Notes: a model not told the origin generated them from the letters alone. DNA of 64,000 nt from an uncultured delta proteobacterium (GCA_963794325.1 CAWCDG010000002.1:480001-544000), one strand, 5' to 3'. Shown: positions 1 to 11,431, counted from the first letter of the stretch. Numbers and translations: made by a program.

Positions 1-1
1 G

Positions 2-1204
2 AATCAATACCAGACGATGATCTCGTCCAACGGGGGTACGCCCGTCTGCTGGGGCAACCTCGATTGTGCCCCTGGGCAAACCTGCGAAATCGGCGTGGTC
101 CCGGGATTCCCCGCCGATGTCGGAATCTGCAACGTACCTGGAAAGTGCGGCAACGCAGCGGTCGGCGATCCATGCGGTCAATATCTCGCCAATGATGGCG
201 GGCTGGCCTACGGCTACACTTGTGTAAATACCACCTCTGCGGATGTACCTACTGCATGCGTCCCGCCAATCTCGACGGAGAACGTCGGTCTGGGAACTTT
301 CACCAGCCCGTTCTACTCGGGAGAGGGTGGTTTGCTGAACCCGGAATGGCAGGCGGCCGCAACGGTAGCTGGCGGCGGCACGGCCTTTTACAAAACGATC
401 ACAGATGCCTGCCCGAATCAGTATCCGTTTCAATACGACGACAACTCGGGCGGATTCAATTGCACGCAGAACGTCAACTACAAGGTAATCTTCGGCGGCA
501 TATCGGGCAGTCCAACGACGACGCCTACGCCTACTTCGACCGCAACCGCAACTTCGTCGGCGACCGCAACCGCAACTTCGTCGGCGACCTCGACTCCGAC
601 CGCAACCGCCACTGCAACTGTCACGGCAACCGCAACCCTGACCAGCACCGCCACGCCAACAGCCACGGCAACCGGAGCTACCTCAACGGCGACCTCTACC
701 GCGACGGTGACTGTCACTATCACCGCGACGGCGACCTCGACCGCAACCCCAACCGCAACCCCGACGGCGACGCCTAGTCCAACCGGGACGGCGACACCGG
801 GATGCGCTCCCAGCTTCCTTTACCTGAGCACCAATCCCGACGGCACGCTCCCCTTTGGGGTCGTCGCGGAAGGGCATCCGCACACGGCGCCTCTCATGGT
901 CACGAATAACGAGCCGGCTGGGTCGCTTGATCTCTCAACCAGGATTACAGGCGCCGACGCCAATGACTTTTCGGTGACTGGCGGAAGCTGCAGTACCATC
1001 AAGCGTCTGCACGCCGGTGCAACCTGCACCTATCAGGTTATGCTCAAGGCAAAGCGAAAGTTCCTTGGTCCGGTGAACGCCAACCTGGAGATAACTGGAA
1101 AGTTTAGTCCGGGAGTCTGTCCGAACGGCGATGTTCAAAACGTTGGGGTGACACTGGCAGGTATGGTCGATCAAACCGGAACGCCAAAGCCGGATTCTCG
1201 ATGA
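2..1204 (+). CDS. Secreted thaumatin-like protein with Thr/Ala linker and C-terminal Ig-like (choice-of-anchor D-like) domain; 5' truncated by window edge
   Basis: Frame open upstream of ATG17; Cys-rich region with DACPNQYPFQYDD...FNC resembling the thaumatin C-terminal motif; TATAT linker; beta-rich C-terminus (ITGADANDFSV...GATCTYQV). Confidence 0.65.
   Translation, partial: NQYQTMISSNGGTPVCWGNLDCAPGQTCEIGVVPGFPADVGICNVPGKCGNAAVGDPCGQYLANDGGLAYGYTCVNTTSADVPTACVPPISTENVGLGTFTSPFYSGEGGLLNPEWQAAATVAGGGTAFYKTITDACPNQYPFQYDDNSGGFNCTQNVNYKVIFGGISGSPTTTPTPTSTATATSSATATATSSATSTPTATATATVTATATLTSTATPTATATGATSTATSTATVTVTITATATSTATPTATPTATPSPTGTATPGCAPSFLYLSTNPDGTLPFGVVAEGHPHTAPLMVTNNEPAGSLDLSTRITGADANDFSVTGGSCSTIKRLHAGATCTYQVMLKAKRKFLGPVNANLEITGKFSPGVCPNGDVQNVGVTLAGMVDQTGTPKPDSR
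514..800 (+). repeat. Coding low-complexity Thr/Ala/Pro repeat
   Basis: Repeated ACCGCA units encoding TPTPTSTATATSSATATAT. Confidence 0.9.
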
Positions 1205-1260
1205 TGGGGTTATAGGGAAAGGGTCGCGCGCTCCTCGATCACTTGGCGCGCGACTAACGA

Positions 1261-1728
1261 TCAGCTCGCGCGATCGCGCGGCACCCCAAATTCTTTCAAC
1301 GCCGCGCCGAGATTGTGGCTCGGCGTCTCCGCGTCGGCCATCTTCATCAGAGCGAATCGCTCGTCGCCGTCCAGCCGCGACCAGACTTCCGGATTCAGAT
1401 TGAATCCTTGTGTGCGCACGTTCGCGACGACCCGGCTCGGCGGCGACGCCGGCGGTTCCGCCGACGCTCTCTGCGCATCGCTCAGAGTCTTCGGCTCGGC
1501 CCCGAATCGACGCTTCATCGCCTCGCGGATAAAAACGCCGAGCCCGTCCAACTCCTCAGCCGAATCGACCGGGAAATGACAGATAGCGAGCCGCTCGCCG
1601 CGGTCGAGCGACTTCCACTGCTCAAGCCCGATTTTCAGCCCGACCCGATCGAGCTTGCGCCGCACCGCCATCGGAACGCACTGCAGACTCTCGTGCATCT
1701 CGTCTTCAAATTTAAATTTGCGAATCAT
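1261..1728 (-). CDS. Nitrate reductase-associated protein family (NarM-like)
   Basis: MIRKFKFEDEMHESLQCVPMAVRRKLDRVGLKIGLEQW and RFALMKM...SHNL..AL.EF motifs; GGAGG RBS before ATG1728. Confidence 0.8.
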   Translation of the reverse strand: MIRKFKFEDEMHESLQCVPMAVRRKLDRVGLKIGLEQWKSLDRGERLAICHFPVDSAEELDGLGVFIREAMKRRFGAEPKTLSDAQRASAEPPASPPSRVVANVRTQGFNLNPEVWSRLDGDERFALMKMADAETPSHNLGAALKEFGVPRDRAS

Positions 1729-1812
1729 CTGAACCTCCGAGGCGTCGCGCCAAACAAATTCGCAGCCGAGTTCTCGTATTGTGATTTTCCTTGTCTGTGA
1801 TTTTTTCCCTGT

Positions 1813-1836
1813 GTCATCCCGAGCGTAGCCGAGGGA
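1813..1836. repeat. Possible intergenic REP-like element
   Basis: GTCATCCCGAGCGTAGCCGAGGGA resembles a common extragenic palindrome type; single copy seen here. Confidence 0.35.
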
Positions 1837-1910
1837 CCCCGGATCTTTCTGGATGCTAGCCGACGAACCACAACCATGGCGCATGCGAGGCCTTTTGCTC
1901 GCGTACTCAG

Positions 1911-1925
1911 GTTGCAATATGCAAC
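1911..1925. promoter_or_regulatory. Inverted repeat, candidate operator for the fds operon
   Basis: GTTGCA-ATA-TGCAAC between divergent genes. Confidence 0.45.
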
Positions 1926-1980
1926 CGCCCGGATCAAGATCACCATCATCAATCGTGGTATAGCGATTGATGTGCCTCCG

Positions 1981-2478
1981 ATGAATTCCACCAACGGCAA
2001 CCCCGCCTTCGACCCGCGCATGATCGACGACATCGTCGCCGGCCTCGCCGACCAGCCCGGCGCCCTGATGCTGCTCCTGCACGCGCTCAATGAACGCCTC
2101 GGACACATCCCGCCGGAAGCCGTGCCGGCGATCGCCAAGGCGCTCAATCTTTCGCGCGCCGAGGTCCACGGCGTCATCAGCTTCTATCACGATTTCCGCA
2201 CGGAGCGCCCCGGCCGAACAATGATTCGCGTGTGCCGCGCCGAGTCGTGCCAGGCGATGGGCGCGGTCGCGCTCGCCGATCATATTCAAGCACGTCTCGG
2301 CATTAAATTCGGAGAAACCAGCGCCGACCGCGATGTCACCCTCGAGCCGGTTTACTGCCTCGGTAACTGTGCATGCTCGCCGGCCATCGTCGTCGGCGAC
2401 GATCTTTACGGCCGTGTCAGCCCGGAACGCTTCGACGAAATTCTCTTTTCAGTGTCTCGTTCGGGGCGCTCTGGATGA
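1981..2478 (+). CDS. fdsG: Formate dehydrogenase gamma subunit (NuoE-like, 2Fe-2S)
   Basis: LNLSRAEVHGVISFYHDFR, CRAESC and YCLGNCACSP motifs. Confidence 0.93.
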   Translation: MNSTNGNPAFDPRMIDDIVAGLADQPGALMLLLHALNERLGHIPPEAVPAIAKALNLSRAEVHGVISFYHDFRTERPGRTMIRVCRAESCQAMGAVALADHIQARLGIKFGETSADRDVTLEPVYCLGNCACSPAIVVGDDLYGRVSPERFDEILFSVSRSGRSG

Positions 2479-4087
2479 CCACGGTATTATATGTCCCGCG
2501 CGATTCCAGCGCCGTGTCGCTCGGCGCGGATGCGGTCGCCGACGCGATTCGACAGCGAAGCGACTTCGCGCAAGCTCGACGTGAAAATAGTGCGCAACGG
2601 TTCGCGCGGGATGTTCTCGCACGAGCCGATGGTCGAAGTCGCGACCAGCGCTGGACGGATCGCATACGGGCCGGTCGACGCCGGGTGACGTCGCGTCGCT
2701 GTTCGATTCGAACTTCCTCGACGCCCGCGATCATCGCTTGCGTATCGGCGTCGCCGGCGAGATACCGTGGCTCAAGTCGCAGACCCGGCTGACCTTCGCG
2801 CGCGCGGGCGTTATCGACCCGGCGTCGCTCGACGACTATCTCGCGCACGGCGGATACCGCGGCCTCGCGCGCGCAATCGAGCTCGGCGCTGACCGAGTGA
2901 TCGCCGAGGTCACAAAATCCGGTCTTCGCGGCCGCGGCGGCGCCGGATTTCCGACCGGCATAAAATGGAAGACCGCGGCGGACGCGCCGGCCACACCGAA
3001 GTATGTCGTCTGCAACGCCGACGAAGGCGACTCCGGCACCTTTTCCGATCGCATGATCATGGAGGGCGATCCCTTCGTGCTGCTCGAAGGCATGACCATC
3101 GCGGCGCTCGCCGTTGGCGCCACGCGCGGCTACATCTACCTGCGATCTGAATATCCGCACGCGCGTCGCTCGCTAATCGAAGCGATCGCGACTGCCCGCT
3201 CGAAAAATTATTTGGGCGCGAACGTCCTTGGCACCGGTAAGTCGTTCGATATCGAGATTCGCCTCGGCGCCGGCGCCTACATCTGCGGCGAGGAAACCGC
3301 GATGCTCGAAAGCATCGAGGGCCGCCGCGGGATGGTTCGCTTCAAACCGCCGGTTCCGGCAATCGAAGGGCTGTTCGGCAAGCCGACCGTGATCAACAAC
3401 GTAGTCTCGTTTGCGACGGTGCCGATCATCATCGATCGCGGTGCGGAAGTTTTCCGCGACTACGGAGTCGGCAACTCGCGCGGCACGATGCCGTTTCAAC
3501 TCGCCGGCAACGTCAAGCGTCCGGGGCTGATCGAAACCCCGATGGGCATAACGCTTCGCGAACTCGTGTATGACTATGGCGGCGGCACCGCTAGCGGCAA
3601 GCCGGTCCGCGCTGTTCAGGTCGGAGGGCCGCTCGGCGCGTACTTCACCGAGTCGATGCTCGACGTAGCGCTGGACTTTGAATCAATCGCGGCGCATGGC
3701 GGAATCCTCGGGCACGGCGGAATCGTGGTTTTCGACGAGACCGTCGATATGGCGCGGATGGCCCGCTATGCGATGGAGTTTTGCGCGCTCGAATCGTGCG
3801 GCAAATGCACCCCGTGCCGTATCGGCTCGATTCGCGGCACCGAGCTGCTCGACGACATTGTCAATCGGCGCAAGCCGCGCGAGAATCTCGACGTGCTGCG
3901 CGATCTCTGCGACACCATGAAGTTCGGCTCGCTGTGTGCTCTCGGCGGTCTCACGCCACTTCCGGTCCTGAGTGCGCTGAAATATTTTCCCGATGACTTC
4001 GGCCTGACGGCCGGCGACGTTGATTTCATCGGTGCAGACCTGGCCATCTCGACATCAGGAACTGGTAACAGCCATGCGCTCGCATAG
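2475..4087 (+). CDS. fdsB: Formate dehydrogenase beta subunit (NuoF-like); two apparent frameshifts (~2548, ~2684)
   Basis: GLRGRGGAGFPTG, CNADEGD, GAYICGEE, ESCGKCTPCRIG; N-terminus spread over three frames. Confidence 0.92.
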
Positions 4088-7000
4088 CGATAGCGACTTC
4101 GCCACTCCGCGTCGGCCCGGCGCGAGATTGGTCGCGCTGGAAATCGACGGACGTGGCGTCGCCGTGCCGGAAGGTACGTCGGTGATCCGCGCTGCGGCGG
4201 AAGCCGGAATCCATATCCCGAAACTGTGCGCGACCGATTCGCTCGAGCCGTTCGGCTCATGCCGTCTGTGCCTGGTCGAAATCGACGGCCAGCGCGGCTA
4301 CCCCGCGTCGTGCACCACTCCCGTGCGAGCCGGAATGCGCGTGCGTACCGAAAGTCCCGCGCTCGCGCGGCTCCGGCGCGGCGTGATGGAGCTGTACATT
4401 TCCGATCACCCGCTCGACTGCCTGACCTGTCCCGCCAACGGCAATTGTGAGTTGCAGGACATGGCGGGCGCGGTTGGTCTGCGCGAGGTGCGCTACCGCA
4501 ACGGCGATGGCGCCAACCATATTCACGCCGAGAAAGATCAGTCGAATCCGTATTTCAGTTTCGATCCGTCAAAATGCATCGTGTGCTCGCGATGCGTCCG
4601 CGCGTGCGAGGAAGTGCAGGGCACCTTCGCGCTGACCATCGACGGTCGTGGTTTTTCGTCGGTGATTTCGCCCGGACAGAACGGCCCCTTCTCGGCATCC
4701 GAGTGCGTTTCGTGCGGCGCATGCGTGCAAGCGTGTCCGACCGCCACCTTGATGGAAAAATCGGTGGTCGAACTCGGCCAACCCGATCACAGCGTCGTCA
4801 CCACCTGCGGATACTGCGGCGTTGGATGCTCGTTCCGCGCCGAGATGAAGGGCGACTTAGTCGCGCGGATGGTGCCGAACCCCAACGGCCAGGCCAATCA
4901 CGGCCACTCGTGCGTCAAGGGCCGTTTCGCGTGGGGCTACACCACCCATCCGGATCGTGTCACCCGTCCGATGATTCGCAAATCGATCGCCGAGCCGTGG
5001 CGCGAAGTGTCCTGGCACGACGCGATCGAATACGCCGCGTCCGAGTTCAAGCGCATCCAGGAAAAATACGGGCGCGGCGCACTCGGCGGTATCACGTCCT
5101 CGCGATGCACCAACGAGGAAACTTTCCTCGTTCAGAAACTGGTGCGCGCCGCGTTTGGCAACAACAACGTCGATACCTGCGCGCGCGTTTGTCATTCGCC
5201 GACCGGCTACGGACTCAAGACCGCGTTCGGCACTTCCGCGACGACGCAGGACTTCGACTCGGTGATGCAAGCCGACGTGATTATGGTGATCGGCGCGAAC
5301 GTCACCGAGGGTCACCCGGTTTTCGCGGCGCAGATGAAACGCCGAATCCGCCAGGGCGCGAAACTTATCGTCGTCGATCCTCGCGTCACCGAAATCGTGC
5401 GTCTGCCACACGTGCAGGCGTCGTACCATTTGCAAATCCGCCCCGGCACCAACGTCGCGCTGATCAACGCAATCGCTCACGTCGTGGTGACCGAGGGACT
5501 CACCGACGAGGCGTTCGCGGCCGCGCGATGCGACCTGCCCGAATTCGAGGCGTGGAAGAAGTTCGTGGCGGCGCCGCACAATTCGCCGGAGTCGATGGAG
5601 AAAATCACCGGCGTGCCTGCCGACAAGGTTCGCGCGGCCGCGCGTCTTGTATGCGACCGCGCCCAACGGCGCCATCTACTACGGCCTCGGCGTCACCGAG
5701 CACAGCCAGGGCAGTACGATGGTGCTGGGCATCGCAAATCTCGCGATGGCGACCGGCAATATCGGACGGCCCGGAGTCGGCGTGAATCCGCTGCGCGGCC
5801 AGAACAACGTGCAAGGCTCATGCGACATGGGTTCGTTCCCGCACGAGTTCAGCGGCTATCGCCATATTTCCGACGACGTAGTGCGCGCGACCTTCGACGC
5901 GGCGTGGGGTGTGCGCGTCGATCCGGAACCGGGCCTGCGCATTCCCAATATGTTCGACGCGGCGCTCGAGGGTAGCTTCAAGGGTCTCTACGTGCAGGGC
6001 GAAGACGTCGCGCAATCGGAGCCGAACGGCCATCACGTCACGGCGGCGCTGAGCGCGATGGAATGTGTCGTGGTCCAGGATTTGTTCTTCAACGAAACCG
6101 CGAAATACGCGCACGTCTTTCTCCCCGGCTCGTCATTCCTCGAGAAGAACGGCACCTTTACCAACAGCGAGCGCCGAATCTCGATGGTGCGCAAAGTCGC
6201 GGCGCCGCTCGCCGGCAAGGAAGATTGGGAAATCACCTGCGATCTGGCCACCGCGCTCGGCTATCCGATGAAATATTCACATCCGTCGGAAATCATGGAC
6301 GAGATCGCGCGCCTGACCCCTACTTTTTCCGGCGTCAGCTACGAAAAGATCGAGCGGCTCGGCTCAGTGCAATGGCCATGCAACGACGCCGCACCCTCCG
6401 GCACTCCCACCATGCACGCCGATCACTTTGTGCGTGGCAAAGGCTGCTTCACGATTACCGAGTACGTACCCACTGAGGAACGCACCAATAGCGAATATCC
6501 GCTGATACTGACTACTGGCCGAATACTCAGTCAATACAATGTTGGTACCCAGACGCGGCGCACCCTCAATGCCGCGATGCACGCCGAAGACCTCCTCGAG
6601 ATACATCCGAGCGACGCCGAACTCCGCGGCATCCGCAACGGAGATTGGCTCCAGGTGCGGGCGCGCCGCGGCGAGACTCGTCTGCGGGCATCGCTGACCG
6701 AGCGCGTACAGCCAGGCGTGGTATATACTACTTTCCATCACCCCGAATCGCGCACCAACGACCTGATGACCGATCGCTCCGATTGGGCAACCAACTGTCC
6801 CGAGTTCAAAGTCACCGCCGTCCAGGTCGCGCCGGAACGCAGCACCAACGGCCGCAAACAGGACCAAGTAGCTATTCGCGTTACTGACATTGATCACCTC
6901 ATCATGATGGCCAACGACATCGGCGCCTACTTCGCCGCCTATCCTGATCAGGATGAAGCCGTCGAGGGCGTCGCGAACCACCTCCGCAATTTCTGGGAGG

Positions 7001-7131
7001 CCCGCATGCGTCGGGAGATTGTTGACTACGTGGCAAAGGGTGGCGATGCGCTGAGCCCGCTCGTTAGCGAGGCCGTTGCGTTCATCGCGACCGAGTCGGT
7101 CGTCGAATCGGAAGAGACAGGTGAAGGATGA
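4074..7131 (+). CDS. fdsA: Formate dehydrogenase alpha subunit with in-frame C-terminal FdsD-like domain; frameshift ~5647
   Basis: Fe-S motifs (CRLC, CIVCSRCVRAC, CGYCGVGC), CARVCH active site, LRGQNNVQG; tail DHLIMMANDIGAYF...HLRNFWEARMR. Confidence 0.92.
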
Positions 7132-7991
7132 AAACCGACTCCGCGCACATCCGGAGTGATGACGAAACGACGGATGCGGTTCGCGACGAAGTTCGCGAGC
7201 ATTGCGCGATCAGATGGCAAAGTGGCAATCGTTCGGAGCGCACGGAACAGCTCGCGGTTGAAGAGCCGCTCGAGATTCGACTCGCCGGTCGCAGGTTCAC
7301 TCTCACGATGCGCACGCCCGGTCACGACGAGGAGCTCGCCGCGGGCTTTCTGTTTGCCGAGGGTTTCATAAACGATGCGAGCGAACTCGGTGAGATTCGA
7401 CGTGTGCGCGGACGCAAAGGTGCGGCCGAGCCCAACGCGATCGACATCGTGCTGAACGTGCCCGCCGACGGTTTGCGTGCCCGCCTCAAGCGTAACTTCG
7501 TAATGAGCTCGAGCTGCGGAGTATGCGGCAAGACCAGCATCGACTCGATTCGACGCCGCGTCGTGCCCGCCACGGATTCTGCGCGCGTCGCGCCTGCCAC
7601 TTTGCTCGCGCTGTCGGAGAAACTCCGCGCTGGCCAACGCGTGTTCGCCGCGACGGGAGGACTCCACGGCGCCGCGATCTTCAGCCTCGATGGAGCGATG
7701 CTCGCGATACGCGAGGATGTCGGCCGTCACAACGCGGTCGACAAAGTGATCGGGTACGCGCTGACGAATGCGATGGTCCCGCTGGCGCACAATATAATGA
7801 TGGTCAGTGGACGCCTCAGCTTCGAGATTGTGCAGAAGGCCGCCGCCGCCGGTGTTCCGATTCTCGCCGCGGTCTCGGCGCCGTCTTCGCTCGCGGTGGA
7901 ACTGGCCGAAGAAATAGGCACGACGTTAGTCGGCTTCCTGCGCGACGGCAGCTTCAACATCTACACCCGCCCCGACCGCATCGCGTCCTGA
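7128..7991 (+). CDS. fdhD: Formate dehydrogenase accessory sulfurtransferase FdhD/FdsC
   Basis: EEPLEIR, MRTPG, SSCGVCG, TGGLH, EDVGRHNAVDK. Confidence 0.95.
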   Translation: MKTDSAHIRSDDETTDAVRDEVREHCAIRWQSGNRSERTEQLAVEEPLEIRLAGRRFTLTMRTPGHDEELAAGFLFAEGFINDASELGEIRRVRGRKGAAEPNAIDIVLNVPADGLRARLKRNFVMSSSCGVCGKTSIDSIRRRVVPATDSARVAPATLLALSEKLRAGQRVFAATGGLHGAAIFSLDGAMLAIREDVGRHNAVDKVIGYALTNAMVPLAHNIMMVSGRLSFEIVQKAAAAGVPILAAVSAPSSLAVELAEEIGTTLVGFLRDGSFNIYTRPDRIAS

Positions 7992-8004
7992 CGCATCCAC
8001 GCAC

Positions 8005-8815
8005 GTGAGCGAGACCGGCAAGTACGATCTGACTATTTACGAGGGGACCGCGTGGTACTACTCGCGATTTCGTCCGAAGTACCCGCCGTCGCTCGTCAGC
8101 CTTCTGCGCGAGCATTTTCGACTCGACGGCACAGGCAGATTGCTCGATCTTGGTTGCGGCCCCGGTCCAGTCGCGATTGCGCTCGCGCATCTCTTCGGAA
8201 AAGTCGTCGCGATGGATCCCGACGATGGCATGCGTGCCGAGGGCGATCGCATCGCACGCGAACGCGGCATCAACGAATATCGAGTGGCGATTCGGCGGCT
8301 CGAAGGACTTGTCGCCCGCGCTAGGACAGTTCCGTCTCGTCACGATGGGCAACTCATTCCACTGGATGGATCGTGCGCGCACGCTCGACGCGCTCTACGA
8401 TCTGGTGACGGAAGGCGGCGGGATCGCGGTGGTGGGCCATGGCGATCCGATTCCTCTTCCGCCTCCGACGCGATGGCGCGCCGCGATTAACACGGTGCTG
8501 ATGCGCTATCTACCTGAGCGACGATTGGCATGGGAATATCCGGGTCCGGCGCCCGCTGAGCGTCATCAAGCATACATCGCGCGTTCACGTTTCAAAGACC
8601 TGACCAGCTACCAGGAATCTTTCGACGTCGAATGGACCGTTGACTCGATGATTGGGAATCTCTACTCGATGTCGTTCTGCAGCCGGCGAGTGCTCGGCGA
8701 TCGCGTCGAGGCCTTCGAGCGCGACCTCCGCGCCGCAATCCTGGCCGTCGAGCCGTCGGGCATTCTCAAAGGAGAGCCGCCGGAGTTTTTCGCGTACCTG
8801 GCGTGGAAGCGCTGA
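8005..8815 (+). CDS. Class I SAM-dependent methyltransferase; frameshift ~8272
   Basis: LLDLGCGPG motif, then GNSFHWMDR in the next frame. Confidence 0.85.
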
Positions 8816-8893
8816 GCCCCAACGGCTTCGACGCTGCTCTTGAGCGTGCTATCCGCGCGGCGATACTCTGTATGATCATGTCGGAGTCGCAGA

Positions 8894-10657
8894 ATGTATC
8901 CGCGTAAGCGCGCACTCGAGCGCATCGCGCGTGAAAAAGTGCTCTACGCGCGCCAACCCGGCGGCGACATTTCGGTCTGCGTCATTTATCCGAACACGTA
9001 CCGGCTCGGCATGGCGAATCTCGGCTTCCAGGCCGTGTTCCACATCTTCGAATCCGATGCATCGGTTGCCGCAGATCGTGCATTCCTGCCCGACGCCGAC
9101 GAACGCGACAGTTTCCGCGAGGGCGGCGAGCGCCTCGTCTCGTTCGAGCGCGGACGCCCGCTCTCCGATTTCGATATTCTCGCGTTTTCGATTTCCTTCG
9201 AGACTGACTATCTAAACGTCCTGAGCGTTTTGCGCATGGCCGGCATTCCTGCTCGCCGTGCCGAACGCGCGGGCCGGAATTATCCGCTAATCATCGCCGG
9301 CGGCTCCGCCGTGTTTCTCAATCCTGAACCGATTGCCGATTTCATCGATCTGTTTCTGATCGGCGAGGGTGAGGAGATGGTCCCGGAGTTTATCGAGCGA
9401 TGGGACGCGACGCGCGGCTCGCCCTCGCAACTGTGCGAACTCGCATCGGTTCAGGGTGCATATCTTCCCGACTTCTACACGCCGGTTTACGACGATGCTG
9501 GCCGCCTCGCGACGGTGAAATACAGCGGACCCGGCACCGGCCAGGTCAATCGCCGATTGATTCGCGACCTCAATCGTTTCACTACATCGTCCTTGATTCT
9601 CACCGAGGAGAGTGTCTTCGGCGATATGTTCCTGGTGGAGGCGAGCCGCGGATGCCAGTGGGGATGCCGCTTCTGCGCGGCCGGTTTCATGTACCGGCCG
9701 ATTCGTTATCGCGCGCCTGAAATGCTGATTGCCGAGGCTGAGCGCGGTCTTGGCGAGCGCAAAGTGATCGGCCTGGTCGGCGCGGAGATGGCCAGCGTGC
9801 CCGGCGTCGCCGATATCGCATCGGCGGTCGTCGATCGCGGTGGTCGGCTGTCGCCGTCGTCGTTGAAGGCTGATTGCATTTCGCCCGCGCTCGCATCGGC
9901 GTTGGCGCGCGGCGGAAATCAGAGCGTGACAGTTGCGCCGGAGGCGGGCAGCGAGCGGATGCGCAAGGTCATCAACAAGAATCTCACCGAGGCTGAGATT
10001 CTGCACGCCGCCGAGATGATGCTGGGCGAGGGCGTCGGCAACCTGAAATTTTATTTCATGATCGGTTTGCCCGAGGAGCGCGACGAAGACGTGCTTGCGA
10101 TTGCAGATCTGGTCGCCAAGGTGCTCGAGCGCGCCCGCGCCCGCCGCACGCGTATCGGCTCGGTTACGGTCTCGTTGAATCCGTTCGTGCCGAAGCCGTG
10201 GACGCCCTTTCAATGGGATCCGATGCAGGACGCGCGCTCGATCAAGCGCAAGGTTGCGATGCTGCGCCAGCACCTCACGCGTCTTGGACAGGTCGAGCTC
10301 GATGCGGAGTCGCCGCGTGAGGCGTATTTCCAGACCATGGTGTCGCGAGGCGATCGCCGCGTCAGCGGTATCCTCGAACGGCTCGAGGCCGCGGGCTGCG
10401 ACAGTGCCGGATCCATCTGGCACGAATTGTCGAAGATTCATCGCGAGGTCCTGGCAGACGAGAGTTCGTTTTCGTCGTTGCCCGATCCCGATTTCTTCGT
10501 CACGCGGCATTACGTCCACGACGAACTGCTGCCGTGGGATTTTATCGATCATCACATTCACAAATGGTTTCTGCTGGCCGAACGAAAGAAAGCGCATCAT
10601 GAGCATCAGAGTCCGCCGTGCGATGTCGAGCGATGCACCGTGTGCGGCGCCTGCTAG
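8894..10657 (+). CDS. Radical SAM protein (B12-binding-like N-terminus, TIGR03960-like)
   Basis: YPNTYRLGMANLG, RGCQWGCRFC, APEAGSERMR, LPWDFID, C-terminal CxxCGAC. Confidence 0.88.
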   Translation: MYPRKRALERIAREKVLYARQPGGDISVCVIYPNTYRLGMANLGFQAVFHIFESDASVAADRAFLPDADERDSFREGGERLVSFERGRPLSDFDILAFSISFETDYLNVLSVLRMAGIPARRAERAGRNYPLIIAGGSAVFLNPEPIADFIDLFLIGEGEEMVPEFIERWDATRGSPSQLCELASVQGAYLPDFYTPVYDDAGRLATVKYSGPGTGQVNRRLIRDLNRFTTSSLILTEESVFGDMFLVEASRGCQWGCRFCAAGFMYRPIRYRAPEMLIAEAERGLGERKVIGLVGAEMASVPGVADIASAVVDRGGRLSPSSLKADCISPALASALARGGNQSVTVAPEAGSERMRKVINKNLTEAEILHAAEMMLGEGVGNLKFYFMIGLPEERDEDVLAIADLVAKVLERARARRTRIGSVTVSLNPFVPKPWTPFQWDPMQDARSIKRKVAMLRQHLTRLGQVELDAESPREAYFQTMVSRGDRRVSGILERLEAAGCDSAGSIWHELSKIHREVLADESSFSSLPDPDFFVTRHYVHDELLPWDFIDHHIHKWFLLAERKKAHHEHQSPPCDVERCTVCGAC

Positions 10658-10697
10658 AATAGTTGCACAACTTCAGAGGAGGGGTAGGAAGAGGAAG

Positions 10698-11369
10698 ATG
10701 GTTCATCGTGATTTTCGTTCAGCGCGGATAGCAGCTCTGGTAGCCGCCGTCGTGATAGCGGTCGCAATGTCGGCGCCGTCCTTTGCGGCTGGAACTGGCG
10801 ACGAAGACGTTCCCTCGACTTCGATTGTTCCCGCTGAAGGTCCGAGCGGCGCCGCGCCAGCCAATTCTCCGTCATCGGTCACCAGCCCGGCGACGTCCAG
10901 CATGGTCCTGATGCCTCCGCCGAAGCACGTGGCTCCCGCGCACCACGCGTCGACCAGGAACACGGTCCGCGAACCGGAAATCGAACCGGCGCAGGCCCGG
11001 GTGAAGGTGCTGCAAGCCGCTCCCGTGTATGCCGCGCCGGCGAAAAGCAGCAAGCGCGTCGAGCAATTGACGCCCGGCAAGTTTGTCGAGGTGACCGGCT
11101 CCACTCATTATTATCTGCAGGTGAAGCTGAAGTCCGGGCAGACGGGCTACATCGATCCGTCGGCGGTCGAGATGGTCAGGCCAGTCGACAAAGTCTTCGT
11201 GCTCACGCATGACGCCGGCGTTCTCGACAAGCCGAATCGATGGGCCAAGAAGCTCGCGGAGGTTCACCAGGGCCACAATGTTCACGTCGTCGGCCTCGCG
11301 CTGAATTACATGCGAATCCGCATGAAGAACGGCCTCGAAGGATTCATCCCGACGACTGCGCTCGAATAA
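10698..11369 (+). CDS. Secreted tandem SH3-domain protein
   Basis: Signal peptide, Pro/Ser linker, two repeats ending LKSGQTGYI / MKNGLEGFI. Confidence 0.8.
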   Translation: MVHRDFRSARIAALVAAVVIAVAMSAPSFAAGTGDEDVPSTSIVPAEGPSGAAPANSPSSVTSPATSSMVLMPPPKHVAPAHHASTRNTVREPEIEPAQARVKVLQAAPVYAAPAKSSKRVEQLTPGKFVEVTGSTHYYLQVKLKSGQTGYIDPSAVEMVRPVDKVFVLTHDAGVLDKPNRWAKKLAEVHQGHNVHVVGLALNYMRIRMKNGLEGFIPTTALE

Positions 11370-11431
11370 CTTCTCTCGCCCTCGACGATCCGTGGTCGTG
11401 TCGCTATAAGTCTCAGCGAGGGAGCCTCTGA

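Noticed and set aside
514-800. CRISPR-like or VNTR array (also 33680-33820)
   Set aside because: In-frame Thr/Ala linkers with no repeat-spacer structure; no cas genes in the window
1729-2289. N-terminal extension of the 342-aa minus ORF
   Set aside because: Overlaps fdsG antisense; family similarity and RBS start at 1728
2540-5650. Programmed frameshifting in fdsB/fdsA
   Set aside because: No slippery sites, and similar indels occur in unrelated genes
9287-10606. Long antisense or alternate-frame ORFs (also 13780-14757, 45609-46673, 58997-60235)
   Set aside because: Shadow ORFs of GC-rich genes whose families are clear on the other strand
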